Assembly (NCBI GenBank): GCA_963813535.1
Contig: CAWEZH010000003.1
Span: 967,810-1,031,809, forward strand
Source of the DNA: an uncultured Chloroflexia bacterium
GTDB lineage: Bacteria > Chloroflexota > Limnocylindria > Limnocylindrales > CSP1-4
Direction of reading: 5' to 3'
Length of the DNA stretch: 64,000 bases
This document shows positions 1 to 9,153 of this stretch, in pieces. Below the pieces are notes generated by a model that was not told the DNA's origin, did not search any database, and saw nothing but the letters and a program-made list of their open reading frames with translations. A program made the translations under genes and the position numbers. Numbering within the stretch: position 1 is the stretch's first letter; every line of letters begins with the position of its first letter.

Positions 1-1547
1 ACTTCGCACCGGCGATCCGCGCCGTACAGGAGATGGGCGTCCGCTGCGAGGTCATCAGCTTCCGCGGCAACACCAGCTCCGACCTCATCGAGGTCGCCGA
101 CCTCTTCACCGATATCACGCAGCTCGCCCGAGTGGAGAAGGGGACTCGCTCGGGTCGTCGAGTCGCGGACGACGACGCGGACCTGTCGATGACCGAGGTC
201 CCCGACAAGCAGACCGAAGGAACGGGCGTCGGTCGCGGGACGCGCGGCGGTCGCGGTCGCGGTCGCGGACGCAGCGGCGAGGCCGAGCCGGTCGCGGCAT
301 CGACGTCAGGGTCCGGCCGCGGGCGCCGCGGTGGCGGCACCTCCACGAACGGGTCCGCCGCCGGCGCCACGGCGATGCCGGGCGAGCGCCTTCGCGGACG
401 GTCCGGACGTTCCGGCAGCCTCTCGGAGGCCGATCTCGCGTCGGCCGAGGTCTTCACCCTCGACGACCTCGACGAGGCCGTCGGCGGCGAGGGCACCGAC
501 GCCGGTGAGGCGGCCGATGGAGCCGAGGGTCGCGACGAGGCCGGCCGGCGCCGCCGACGGCGCGGAGGCCGCGGCCGCGGCCGTGGCCGCGGACGCGACG
601 ACGTGCCCGCAGCAGGCGAGGCGATCGTCGAGCCCATCGCGGCCGACGAGGAGGAGGACGAGGAGGACGCTCCGATCGAGGCGCCGCGCCCGCCGCGCAG
701 CACCCCGTTCGGTTCCGTCTGGGACTCGCAGCTGGGCACGACGGCCGCGCCGTCGCCGCTCACGCCTCCGAGCGACGACGAGGACTTCGATGAGCCGGAG
801 ATCCCGGAATACCTGATCGCCGAGCAGCGCCGGGGCCGTGCCCCCAGCGGTGGCGGTCGCGGCGGAGCCCGCGGTGGGCCCCGCGGCGGTCGAGCCGCCT
901 ATCAGTCGGCGATCGAGCGTGAGCGCTACGGGCGCGGTGGGAGTGGCGGCATCAACCGCTATCCCGACGTGAGCGGGCGGACCGGCGGACGTGACCAGCG
1001 CAGCGGTGGTCGAGGCTACGACCGTCCGAACGAGCGGCCACGCGAAGCGGGTCGCCCGTCCGGTTCCACCGAGCCGTGGAGCGAGGTCCCGCCGGAGCTC
1101 GAGGCGATGCTCCGGGCACAGGTCGGCCAGAAGCCGCCGACCCGTCCGACAGAGGTCGTGCCCGGACGGTCCCTCGAGGAGGAGGTCGCCGCCCCGGTCG
1201 CCGCGGATGGAGCCGAGGTAGCGGAGACGGCGCCGAAGCGCCGCTCGACGCGATCCTCCAGCACGACATCGCGAGCGACGAAGGCCGCCGGCGAGTCGGC
1301 CGAGGCCGGGACGCCCAAGCGACGCAGCACGCGTAAGCCGACCGCCGCCACTGAGGCGACCGGCGATGCCGCGGCCCCCGAAGCGGCAGCACCCAAGCGA
1401 CGGACGACCCGCAAGTCGACAGCCGCTGCGGCGACCGCCGACGGAGCCGCGACCGACGACACCAGCGCAGCGGCCGACGCCGATGCGGGTGCCGAGGCTG
1501 CGCCCAAGCGACGGACGACCCGCAAGTCGACCAAGACCACGTCCTGA
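1..1547 (+). CDS. NYN (LabA/DUF88, PIN-like) domain protein with ~460-aa disordered C-terminal tail; 5' end outside the window
   Basis: The frame is open from base 3: FAPAIRAVQEMGVRCEVISFRGNTSSDLIEVADLFTDI matches the C-terminal part of NYN domains (DFxP...GxxVEV...S.dL...AD.F.DI). The rest is RG/RGG-rich, acidic and Lys/Arg/Thr-repeat low-complexity sequence. Confidence 0.75.
   Translation, partial: FAPAIRAVQEMGVRCEVISFRGNTSSDLIEVADLFTDITQLARVEKGTRSGRRVADDDADLSMTEVPDKQTEGTGVGRGTRGGRGRGRGRSGEAEPVAASTSGSGRGRRGGGTSTNGSAAGATAMPGERLRGRSGRSGSLSEADLASAEVFTLDDLDEAVGGEGTDAGEAADGAEGRDEAGRRRRRRGGRGRGRGRGRDDVPAAGEAIVEPIAADEEEDEEDAPIEAPRPPRSTPFGSVWDSQLGTTAAPSPLTPPSDDEDFDEPEIPEYLIAEQRRGRAPSGGGRGGARGGPRGGRAAYQSAIERERYGRGGSGGINRYPDVSGRTGGRDQRSGGRGYDRPNERPREAGRPSGSTEPWSEVPPELEAMLRAQVGQKPPTRPTEVVPGRSLEEEVAAPVAADGAEVAETAPKRRSTRSSSTTSRATKAAGESAEAGTPKRRSTRKPTAATEATGDAAAPEAAAPKRRTTRKSTAAAATADGAATDDTSAAADADAGAEAAPKRRTTRKSTKTTS
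1392..1531 (+). repeat. 29-bp exact direct repeat (1392-1420, 1503-1531) encoding PKRRTTRKS; part of four KRR[ST]TR peptide repeats
   Basis: cccaagcgacggacgacccgcaagtcgac occurs twice. Related PKRRSTR copies lie upstream in the same ORF. Confidence 0.85.
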
Positions 1548-1558
1548 CCCCAGGCTCG

Positions 1559-2806
1559 ATGGACGGGGTTCGCACGCGGGGCCATCCCGCGGCGCTCGCC
1601 GCGATCGGGGCGATGGTCCGCACCGGCGCGCCGGGTGCCGTCCTGTTCGTCGGGCCGGCCGGTGTCGGCAAGACGACCCTGGCGCTCGACCTGGCCGCCG
1701 GGCTCCTCTGCGTGCACGAGGATCCCGGCGCACGTCCGTGCGGGGCATGCCGGGCATGCCGCCTGGTGGTCCGCGGCGTCCACCCCGACGTCCACCGGCT
1801 GGGCCCGGATGGACCCGGCCGCCAGGTCGTCATCGGCGGTCCCGGTGCGAAGGTGCGGGGCATCCGTGACCTGATCGCCGAGCTGGCCCTCCTCCCCGTC
1901 GAGGGTGGCGCGCGGGTGGCGATCGTCGAGTCGGCGCATCGGATGAACGAAGACGCACAGGCGGCGCTGCTCAAGACGCTCGAGGAGCCGCCCCCGAACA
2001 CGACGATCATCCTGTGCGCGGACGCAGAGGAGCCGTTGCTCCCGACCATCCGGTCGCGTTGCGCTCGACTTCGGCTGGGACCGGTCGGGACCCGCGACAT
2101 CGAGGCGATCCTTGCCGAGGCGGCGGCCATCGATCCGCCGGTAGCGGCCCGCGTCGCGCGTATCTGCGGCGGGCGCCCGGGCGTCGCGCTCGCATGGGTC
2201 GCTCGCCCGGACGCCCTGCGGGAACGCGACGCGATCGGGCGCACGTTGCTGGATCTCGCGTCGGCGCGCCCCGCGGACCGCCTGTCCGGTGTTCGCTCCC
2301 TCGCTGCGCAGGCGGCGGCGATCGCCGGCATCGGCGAGGGTGCACGACTCGACGCCTCGATCGACCGCCCCATGTCCGATGCTCCGACCGGAACGGCGAC
2401 GACGCGCCGCAAGCGGGCTGCGCCGGATGCGCCGGATGCGCCCCCGCCCGCGCCGATCGCGGAGGAGGGCGACGCCGACGGTGAGGAGCTCGAGGCAGCA
2501 GGCCCGTCGCGCGCGCCGGCAACCGAGCGGCGCCAGGCCGCCGAGGCGCTCATCGGCCTGTGGACGGATGTCGCTCGTGACCTTGCGCTGTGCCAGCGCG
2601 GCCTCGATGGGTCCGTCCGCGACCTCGCCCTGCTCGACGATGCACGATCGCTCGCCGCGCAGCTGGATGCCGCGGCCGTCGGGGCATTCATCGATCGCCT
2701 CGGCAGGGCCGGGGTACTCATCGCGGGCAACGTGTCGCCGGAGCTGGTGCTCGACGACCTGGCCCTAGCCTGGCCGCGGCCAAGGGCCAGCTCGCGCGCG
2801 GCGTGA
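1559..2806 (+). CDS. holB: DNA polymerase III subunit delta'
   Basis: GPAGVGKT, Zn module C...PCGACRAC, HPDV, AHRMNEDAQAALLKTLEEPP, LLPTIRSRC. Confidence 0.9.
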   Translation: MDGVRTRGHPAALAAIGAMVRTGAPGAVLFVGPAGVGKTTLALDLAAGLLCVHEDPGARPCGACRACRLVVRGVHPDVHRLGPDGPGRQVVIGGPGAKVRGIRDLIAELALLPVEGGARVAIVESAHRMNEDAQAALLKTLEEPPPNTTIILCADAEEPLLPTIRSRCARLRLGPVGTRDIEAILAEAAAIDPPVAARVARICGGRPGVALAWVARPDALRERDAIGRTLLDLASARPADRLSGVRSLAAQAAAIAGIGEGARLDASIDRPMSDAPTGTATTRRKRAAPDAPDAPPPAPIAEEGDADGEELEAAGPSRAPATERRQAAEALIGLWTDVARDLALCQRGLDGSVRDLALLDDARSLAAQLDAAAVGAFIDRLGRAGVLIAGNVSPELVLDDLALAWPRPRASSRAA

Positions 2807-3099
2807 GCGACGAGCGCCTCGACGCCACCGTCCGGGGGCGCGTGCAGGGTGTCGGGTTCCGGTATTTCGTGATCCGCCGAGCCATGAGCCTCGGGCTGAC
2901 GGGCTGGGTCTCCAACGAAGCGGACGGCTCCGTCCGGTGCATCGCGGAGGGGCCGCGAGCCTCCCTGGACGCACTGCTCCAGGCGCTGGAGGACGGCCCG
3001 GCGGGGGCGATGGTCGACCGAGTGATGACCGTCTGGGGCCCGGCCACGGGCGGATTCGCCTCCTTCGAGGTGCGGAGCGGCGGCCACCGCGGGGATTGA
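2803..3099 (+). CDS. acyP: acylphosphatase
   Basis: VRGRVQGVGFRY...GLTGWVSNEADGSV signature. GTG start overlaps the holB stop. Confidence 0.93.
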   Translation: MSDERLDATVRGRVQGVGFRYFVIRRAMSLGLTGWVSNEADGSVRCIAEGPRASLDALLQALEDGPAGAMVDRVMTVWGPATGGFASFEVRSGGHRGD

Positions 3100-3180
3100 G
3101 GGCTGACCCGTTCGGCGTGTGGTGGGAGGGACCGCTGGGCTATTCCCACCCTGACCATCGGGGTCCATCGTGGCCCGACG

Positions 3181-3459
3181 ATGGAGACGAACTCTCCGGC
3201 CGAGGAACTCCCCGCCCTCTATCGCGCGATCCTCGATCGCGTCGCGGAGCTCGAGGTCGCGGGTGAGCGGGCGCGCGCGGCGCAGCTGCGCAACGACGCG
3301 ACCGACGCCTACTCGAGGGCCTGGGACGAGCGCGCACGCCGGCGGTTGGAACTCCTGCTCCGGCGGTCGGATCGTGATGTAGATGCTGAGCGCCCGCGTC
3401 GCCGGACCCGACGACCCATCCCCACGACACAGCAGGCGATCGCCGCGCGGGAGCGCTGA
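3181..3459 (+). CDS. hypothetical helical protein (92 aa)
   Basis: ATG start, GC3-rich codon usage, non-shadow amino-acid composition. Confidence 0.65.
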   Translation: METNSPAEELPALYRAILDRVAELEVAGERARAAQLRNDATDAYSRAWDERARRRLELLLRRSDRDVDAERPRRRTRRPIPTTQQAIAARER

Positions 3460-3542
3460 GACCCGCCTTCCGCAGACCGCCAGTCAGCGGGCGGTGAGCG
3501 GGATCCGCTGACCGGCAAGACCACCCGGCGTACGCTTCGGGC

Positions 3543-3854
3543 GTGAATCCAGCGCCCGGTCCCACGGTCGGCGACGTCCTCGATCGAGCCTCGTCCGCGT
3601 ATGGCGCCCTCGCCGACGTGAGCGAGGCCGTCGACGATGAGTGGTCGTACATCCAGGACCTCACCGAGGCATGGGCCAGCCGGTTCGATGCCATCCGCGT
3701 GGCTCGTGGAGATGAACCGGTCGACGTCGAGGTCGCAGTGGCCATCGATGCGGCGATCGACGAGGTCGGCCGGATCGGCGATCCGCATCGGGCGATCGAT
3801 TGGCTGTCGACCTTCCCGCAGGTCACGTTGATGGCACTCGGCGAGCGGCCGTGA
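3543..3854 (+). CDS. hypothetical acidic protein (103 aa)
   Basis: Coding-like ORF whose stop overlaps the next start (GTGA). Confidence 0.7.
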   Translation: MNPAPGPTVGDVLDRASSAYGALADVSEAVDDEWSYIQDLTEAWASRFDAIRVARGDEPVDVEVAVAIDAAIDEVGRIGDPHRAIDWLSTFPQVTLMALGERP

Positions 3855-4522
3855 GGTTCCAGGACGCGGCCCGCGATGGGCGCGCGGTCGTCTACGCCGG
3901 GATCCAGGCCGATCCGCTCGTCTCACGCGCTGCCGACCTCCTTGCGAGCGCCACCCCACCGATGCGCGTCCTTGCCCGTGCCGCGATGAACGGCGAGTCG
4001 ACCGACGCCGGATCGTGGCGGATCATGTTCCCCGGCCTGTTCGGCGCTGCCGTGGCGGAGGACCAGCGCGCACGGGCCGAGGCGATCCTGGCCGTGGCGC
4101 TCGAGGTCGCGGATCGTGGTGAGGCGGTCCGCAGCCAGGTCCGCGGCGCCATCGTGGAGGAGCTGACGGCGCGACTCCTTGCGCGGCGGGTGCCGCCCGA
4201 CGCCGTCCGCCGTGAACGGCGGATCCTGTTCGACGGCGTTCGCGCCGAGATCCATCCGTACGACGTCACCGTCGAGCGGGACGACGGGTACGAGGCGTAC
4301 GACTGCAAATGGGGCGCGCGCGGGATCAGCGCCGACGTGCTGCACCAGCTCGACGACGCGCGCGGGCACGCTGCCGACGAGGACGTCCCGCTGCACGTCG
4401 CGCTCGTCGTGTTCGATGCCGCGCGATCGTGCGAGGTTCGCCTCGTTCGGTCGACGGCGCCGGCAGGGGACACGGTCATCGTTGCGCTCGAGACGCTCGA
4501 CGATCTGGCAGCGGACCGGTGA
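3851..4522 (+). CDS. putative PD-(D/E)XK restriction-endonuclease-fold protein
   Basis: GAIVEELTARLL (motif I helix with E), then HPYDVTV...EAYDCKWG (D...DxK). GTG start at 3851. Confidence 0.55.
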   Translation: MRFQDAARDGRAVVYAGIQADPLVSRAADLLASATPPMRVLARAAMNGESTDAGSWRIMFPGLFGAAVAEDQRARAEAILAVALEVADRGEAVRSQVRGAIVEELTARLLARRVPPDAVRRERRILFDGVRAEIHPYDVTVERDDGYEAYDCKWGARGISADVLHQLDDARGHAADEDVPLHVALVVFDAARSCEVRLVRSTAPAGDTVIVALETLDDLAADR

Positions 4523-5275
4523 CCGACGGGGACCGCCAGCCCGATCGCTGTTCGTCGCCGTATCGCGTCCGGTTCGACGAGGCCGCTCCCGATGGGCGGA
4601 TCCGAACCTCGGTCCTGCTGCGCTATGCCCAAGACCTGGCCTGGTTCCACTCGTCGTCACGCGGGTTCACGCGCGAGTGGTATCGCGAGCGCGGCCTGAC
4701 GTGGCTGGCCCGCGCCGCCGAGGTCGGAATCGAGGGCGACATGCGGGTCGGCGATGAGTTGGTCGGAACCACGCAGGTCGTCGGCTGGCGACGCGTCTGG
4801 GCCCGACGCCGGACGGACTTCGTCGACGCGACGGAGCGCCCTCGTCGCCTGGACGCACGTCGACTGGGTGCTCCTGGATGGGCGTGGGGCACCCACCCGC
4901 GTACCCAAGGAATTCGACGGCCAGTTCTGGGCGCCGGAGGCCACCTTCCCGCTGGGCCGAGTCGCGCTAGGCGATCCGCCGCCCGACGTCGACGGGGCGA
5001 GCATCAGCGTGCGTCCCCAGGAGCTCGATCCGATGGATCACGTCAACAACGCCGTCTACGCCGACTGGGTCGACGAGCAGGTCATCCGGTCAGGCGGCGA
5101 GGAGGACGTCCGGATCATCCCCAGGGTCATCCGCCTCGAGTACGCCCGGGCGGTCGATGCCGGCGCGACCGTGGTCGCCGACGCGTGGCGCGACGCCGAC
5201 GGCTGGTCGTGCCGGATCCGCGATGCCGCCGGCAACGAGTGCCTGCGGGCCCGGCTCGAACCTGCCGCGGTCTGA
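4519..5275 (+). CDS. acyl-ACP thioesterase family protein (double hotdog); frameshift near 4835
   Basis: YRVRFDEAAPDG...LLRYAQD in one frame. WVLLD...VRPQELDPMDHVNNAVY in the next frame. Confidence 0.8.
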
Positions 5276-5280
5276 CGACG

Positions 5281-5970
5281 ATGGCCGATCAGACCGAGGA
5301 CATCGAGGCGATCGCGTTGCTGGACGAACCCGTCCGCCGGGCGCTGTACGACTGGGTCGGCGCTCAGCGGCGGCCGGTCGGACGGGACGAGGCGGCCGCC
5401 GGTGTGGGCATCTCGCGCGCGCTCGCGGCGTTCCACCTCGATCGCCTCGCCGTGGCCGGTCTGCTCACCACCGAGTTCCGCCGGCTGACCGGCCGGACCG
5501 GTCCCGGCGCAGGACGCCCGGCGAAGCTCTATGCCCGCGCCGAGCGCGAGATCCGCGTATCGCTCCCCGAGCGTCGCTACGACGTCGCCGCGAGATTGAT
5601 GGCGGATGCGTTCGAGGACGCATCCGGCGAGGTCCCGCCGCCGTCGCTGCGCGCTGCCGCCCACAGCCTCGGAGCGGAGGTGGGTCGCTCCGCACGAGCC
5701 GCGGCCGGACCGAAGCCATCGAAGGGTCGCCGTCGCGCGGCCCTGATCGCGTCGCTTGCAGAACGAGGGTACGAGCCACACGAGCAGGCGGGCGAGCTGC
5801 GCCTCGGGAACTGCCCGTTCGACGCACTCGTCGACGAGCACCAGGATCTCGTGTGCGGCATGAACCTCGCCCTTGCCGACGGCCTCCTCGACGGTCTTGG
5901 CGAAACGCGGGCGACGACCCGGCTCGATCGCCAGCCGGGCCTGTGTTGCGTCGCGATCGACCTGCGGTGA
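5281..5970 (+). CDS. ArsR-like HTH transcriptional regulator with C-terminal Cys motifs
   Basis: LDEPVRRALY...LAAFHLDRL...GAGRPAKLY; NCPF, VCGMN, CCV. Confidence 0.85.
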   Translation: MADQTEDIEAIALLDEPVRRALYDWVGAQRRPVGRDEAAAGVGISRALAAFHLDRLAVAGLLTTEFRRLTGRTGPGAGRPAKLYARAEREIRVSLPERRYDVAARLMADAFEDASGEVPPPSLRAAAHSLGAEVGRSARAAAGPKPSKGRRRAALIASLAERGYEPHEQAGELRLGNCPFDALVDEHQDLVCGMNLALADGLLDGLGETRATTRLDRQPGLCCVAIDLR

Positions 5971-5977
5971 CCGGGCG

Positions 5978-7132
5978 GTGACCACCGCCATGGACGTCGC
6001 CATCATCGGCGGTGGTGCGATGGGCAGCGCGATCGCGGTCCAGCTCCTCGAGGACCCGGCGTTCGACGGTCGCGTCGCGGTGATCGAACGTGACCCGACG
6101 TTCCGGCGGGCGTCGTCCGCATTGAGCGCCGCGTCGATCCGGCGGCAGTTCTCGACACCCGAGAACATCCGGATGTCCGCCTTCTCGTTCGGATGGCTGC
6201 GCGACCACCTCGACGTCGGGCTGCACGAGGCCGGCTACCTCTATCTCGCCACTCGTGAGACCGCGCCGATCCTCGAGGAGAACCATGAGGTCCAGGTGGC
6301 GGAGGGCGCCGATGTCGTGTTGCTGTCGCCCGACGAGCTGACTCGACGTTTCCCCTGGCTCGCGACCGATGGGATCGCCCTCGGTTCGCTCGGGTGCTCG
6401 GGCGAAGGCTGGTTCGATGGCTACGCGCTCGTCCAGGGACTGCGCAAGCGCGCGCGGGAGCTTGGCGCCGAGCTCGTCACGGGCGAGGTCGTCGGGATGG
6501 GGATGGACGACGGTCGGGTGGAGTCCCTCGCGCTGGCCGATGGCTCGAGCCGGACGTGTGCGACCGTCGTCGATGCCGCCGGGCCGTGGGCGGCCGAGGT
6601 CGCCGCCATGGCCGGCGTCGACCTTCCGGTCGAGGCGCGCCGGCGCTCGGTGTTCGTCTTCGACGTCGAGCGCGACGCCCCGCGCGACTGCCCGCTCGTC
6701 ATCGACACCTCGGGCGCCTGGTTCCGACCCGAGGGCGGGTCGTTCATCGCGGGTATCGCGCCGGATCCCGACGATGACCTGCCCGATCTGCCGCTCGTAC
6801 CGGAGCACCGGCTGTTCGATGACCGGCTCTGGCCGGCGCTCGCGCACCGGGTGCCGGCATTCGATGCGATCCGTGTCACGAATTCGTGGGCGGGCTACTA
6901 CGAGGTGAACACGTTCGACCACAACGCGATCATCGGTCGTCATCCGGACGTCTCGAACCTGCTGTTCGCGAACGGGTTCAGCGGCCACGGGATCCAGCAG
7001 GCACCGGCCGTCGGGCGGGCCATCGCGGAGCTGATCGTGCATGAGCGGTTCGTGACGCTGGATCTGTCCATGTTCGGTTTCGAGCGGATCGCTGCAGGTC
7101 GCGCCGTGATCGAGCGCAACGTCATCGGCTGA
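5978..7132 (+). CDS. FAD-dependent oxidoreductase (DAO / sarcosine oxidase beta-like)
   Basis: VAIIGGGAMG Rossmann motif, SIRRQFSTPEN, WAGYYE, ANGFSGHGIQQAPAVGR. Confidence 0.9.
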   Translation: MTTAMDVAIIGGGAMGSAIAVQLLEDPAFDGRVAVIERDPTFRRASSALSAASIRRQFSTPENIRMSAFSFGWLRDHLDVGLHEAGYLYLATRETAPILEENHEVQVAEGADVVLLSPDELTRRFPWLATDGIALGSLGCSGEGWFDGYALVQGLRKRARELGAELVTGEVVGMGMDDGRVESLALADGSSRTCATVVDAAGPWAAEVAAMAGVDLPVEARRRSVFVFDVERDAPRDCPLVIDTSGAWFRPEGGSFIAGIAPDPDDDLPDLPLVPEHRLFDDRLWPALAHRVPAFDAIRVTNSWAGYYEVNTFDHNAIIGRHPDVSNLLFANGFSGHGIQQAPAVGRAIAELIVHERFVTLDLSMFGFERIAAGRAVIERNVIG

Positions 7133-7254
7133 CCGCGTCACGCACGGCCGCGGATATGGCAAGCAACCTGTAACCCTCGGGTGCGTCCGGCGCTGAGTCG
7201 ACGACGCGCTGCCCGATGCCACCGTTCCCAGCCTGACCAACGAGGAGGACGTCC

Positions 7255-7686
7255 ATGCAGACGACCATGAATGAGATCCGCAGCGCGACCACCATCGATG
7301 CACCCATCGATCGCGTCTGGGCGGCGATCACGACGCCATCCGAGCTCAAGCAGTGGTTCTTCGGCGTCGATACCGAGGCCGACTGGAAAGTCGGCGGCAG
7401 CCTCGTGCACCGTGGCGAGTACGAGGGCAAGCCGTACGTCGACAAGGGCGAGATCCTCGCCTTCGAGCCACCGCGGCGGCTGGTACATACGCACTGGAGC
7501 GATGTCTCCGGCCTGGCCGACGTGCCGGAGAACTACCAGGAGGTCGCGTGGGACCTGACCGAGCGTGTCGGCGGCACGCAGCTGACCATCACCGAGCGGA
7601 ACCTGCCCTCCGATGACGCCGCGAAGACCTCCGAGGAGGGCTGGAAGGGCGCGCTGGAAAGCCTGAAGACGCTCCTCGAGGGCTAG
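7255..7686 (+). CDS. SRPBCC (AHSA1-like) domain protein
   Basis: IDAPIDRVWAAITTP...W...GW...LESLKTLLE. Strong GAGGAGG RBS. Confidence 0.85.
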   Translation: MQTTMNEIRSATTIDAPIDRVWAAITTPSELKQWFFGVDTEADWKVGGSLVHRGEYEGKPYVDKGEILAFEPPRRLVHTHWSDVSGLADVPENYQEVAWDLTERVGGTQLTITERNLPSDDAAKTSEEGWKGALESLKTLLEG

Positions 7687-7798
7687 CTCCCACCGGGCGC
7701 CCGCGCCCGACGACCCGATCACCAAGCCCGGCCACTCGAGCGGCCGGGCTCTCGCGTCATCGGGTGCCCGCACGGTCGAGCACGTGGGTGGGCGCGCC

Positions 7799-9136
7799 AT
7801 GGCCCACGCGGACCGTCGGGTCGATGCTGTCGTCGGCATGCCGATGATCGCGCCTGGAACGCCCGCCGCACGCGGACGAGCGGCCGCCGAGTGGGCGGCG
7901 CTCCGCGACCGGCTGCGCACCGTGACCCCGCACGCCGTCGGTCGGGCGGTCCTCGTCGCGGGCGTCGTGGTGGGCACTGTCGCTGTCGCCCGGGCAACGC
8001 TTCCGGCTGTCCTCCCGTTCGTCGTCGGCGGTCTGATCGCCTACGCGCTGCTGCCGGTCGTGGACGCTCTCGACCGGTTCATGCCGCGGACCCTGGCCGC
8101 GCTCCTGTCAGTGTCCGCGATCGTCGTGGCGGTCGTGGGCATCGGGCTCATCGTCCTGCCGCCGCTCGCCAACGCCTTCGTCCGACTCGCTGTGGGTCTG
8201 CCGACCACGGCCGATATCGACGCCGCCATCGCGCACCTGCAGGAACAGCTGGGCTCGATGCCGGAGGGCTCCGCCGCGATCGCGGCTCCCATCCTGACGA
8301 CCATCGCCGTCACGATCAGGGACGCCGCCTCGGGTGCTTCCGGCGGGCTCGACGAGGTGGTCCGGACCGGCCTGCGGGCATTGCTCGATACCATCGCCGC
8401 ATTGCTGGGCCTGATCGTCCTGCCCACATGGATGCTGACGGTCTTGGGCGACAAGCAGCGAGCTCGTGCGTCGATCGACCGACGGATCGCCCCGTGGCTG
8501 CGCAAGGATGTCTGGGCCGTCGCCGCGATCGTCGACCGGGCGGCCGGCGCCTACCTCCGCGGGTACGTTGTCGTCGCAGCGCTGGTGGGGTTCCTGGTCT
8601 ATGTCGGGCTTCGTGCCTCCCCCTCCATCGGCGGACCGACGTTCCAGGAACCGCTCGCCCTGGCGACGCTGGCCGGGGCGACCCAGGTCATCCCGATCAT
8701 CGGCCCGCTGCTGGGCCTGCTGCCGGTGCTCCTGATCCTCGTCGTCGATAGCGATCGCGCACTGGTCTATGCCGGGGTCTACGTGGCCGCTCGCCTCCTC
8801 GGAGCGAGCCTCCTCGGGTCACGACTCATGGAGCGTCGACTCGGTGTCCATCCCGCGATCCTCATCCCGGGCGTCGTGATGCTGGGGCAGCTGGGGATCC
8901 TGTGGCTGCTGCTGTCGGCTCCGATCGTCAGCGCCGTGGCCGACCTCGTTCGCTACGTGCACGGGCGGCTGTCCGAACCACCGCTTCCCGCAGGCGTGCT
9001 GCCACGCACCCAGGCAGCGGCAGTCAGGCGGCCGGCGGGGAGCCCCGTCTCCCGGGTCCCATCCACGTACCGACGGCCGACGGCACCCGCGCCGATCGCT
9101 CGAGCCGCGGCGTCCGCTCCGCCGCCGACCACATGA
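7799..9136 (+). CDS. AI-2E family transporter
   Basis: Multiple TM helices, PFVVGGLIAYALLPVV, YLRG, IPIIGP, LGVHP. Start uncertain (7784 or 7799). Confidence 0.8.
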   Translation: MAHADRRVDAVVGMPMIAPGTPAARGRAAAEWAALRDRLRTVTPHAVGRAVLVAGVVVGTVAVARATLPAVLPFVVGGLIAYALLPVVDALDRFMPRTLAALLSVSAIVVAVVGIGLIVLPPLANAFVRLAVGLPTTADIDAAIAHLQEQLGSMPEGSAAIAAPILTTIAVTIRDAASGASGGLDEVVRTGLRALLDTIAALLGLIVLPTWMLTVLGDKQRARASIDRRIAPWLRKDVWAVAAIVDRAAGAYLRGYVVVAALVGFLVYVGLRASPSIGGPTFQEPLALATLAGATQVIPIIGPLLGLLPVLLILVVDSDRALVYAGVYVAARLLGASLLGSRLMERRLGVHPAILIPGVVMLGQLGILWLLLSAPIVSAVADLVRYVHGRLSEPPLPAGVLPRTQAAAVRRPAGSPVSRVPSTYRRPTAPAPIARAAASAPPPTT

Positions 9137-9153
9137 GGGACAGGTGATGCGCC

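Noticed and set aside
306-3168. Long minus-strand ORFs (483 aa, 738 aa) and similar long antisense ORFs throughout the window
   Set aside because: Arg/Pro/Ser-rich shadow frames, typical of high-GC DNA, opposite well-supported genes.
4309-5970. 553-aa apparent thioesterase-regulator fusion
   Set aside because: An artefact of the frameshift near 4835. The thioesterase ends at 5275 and the regulator starts at 5281.
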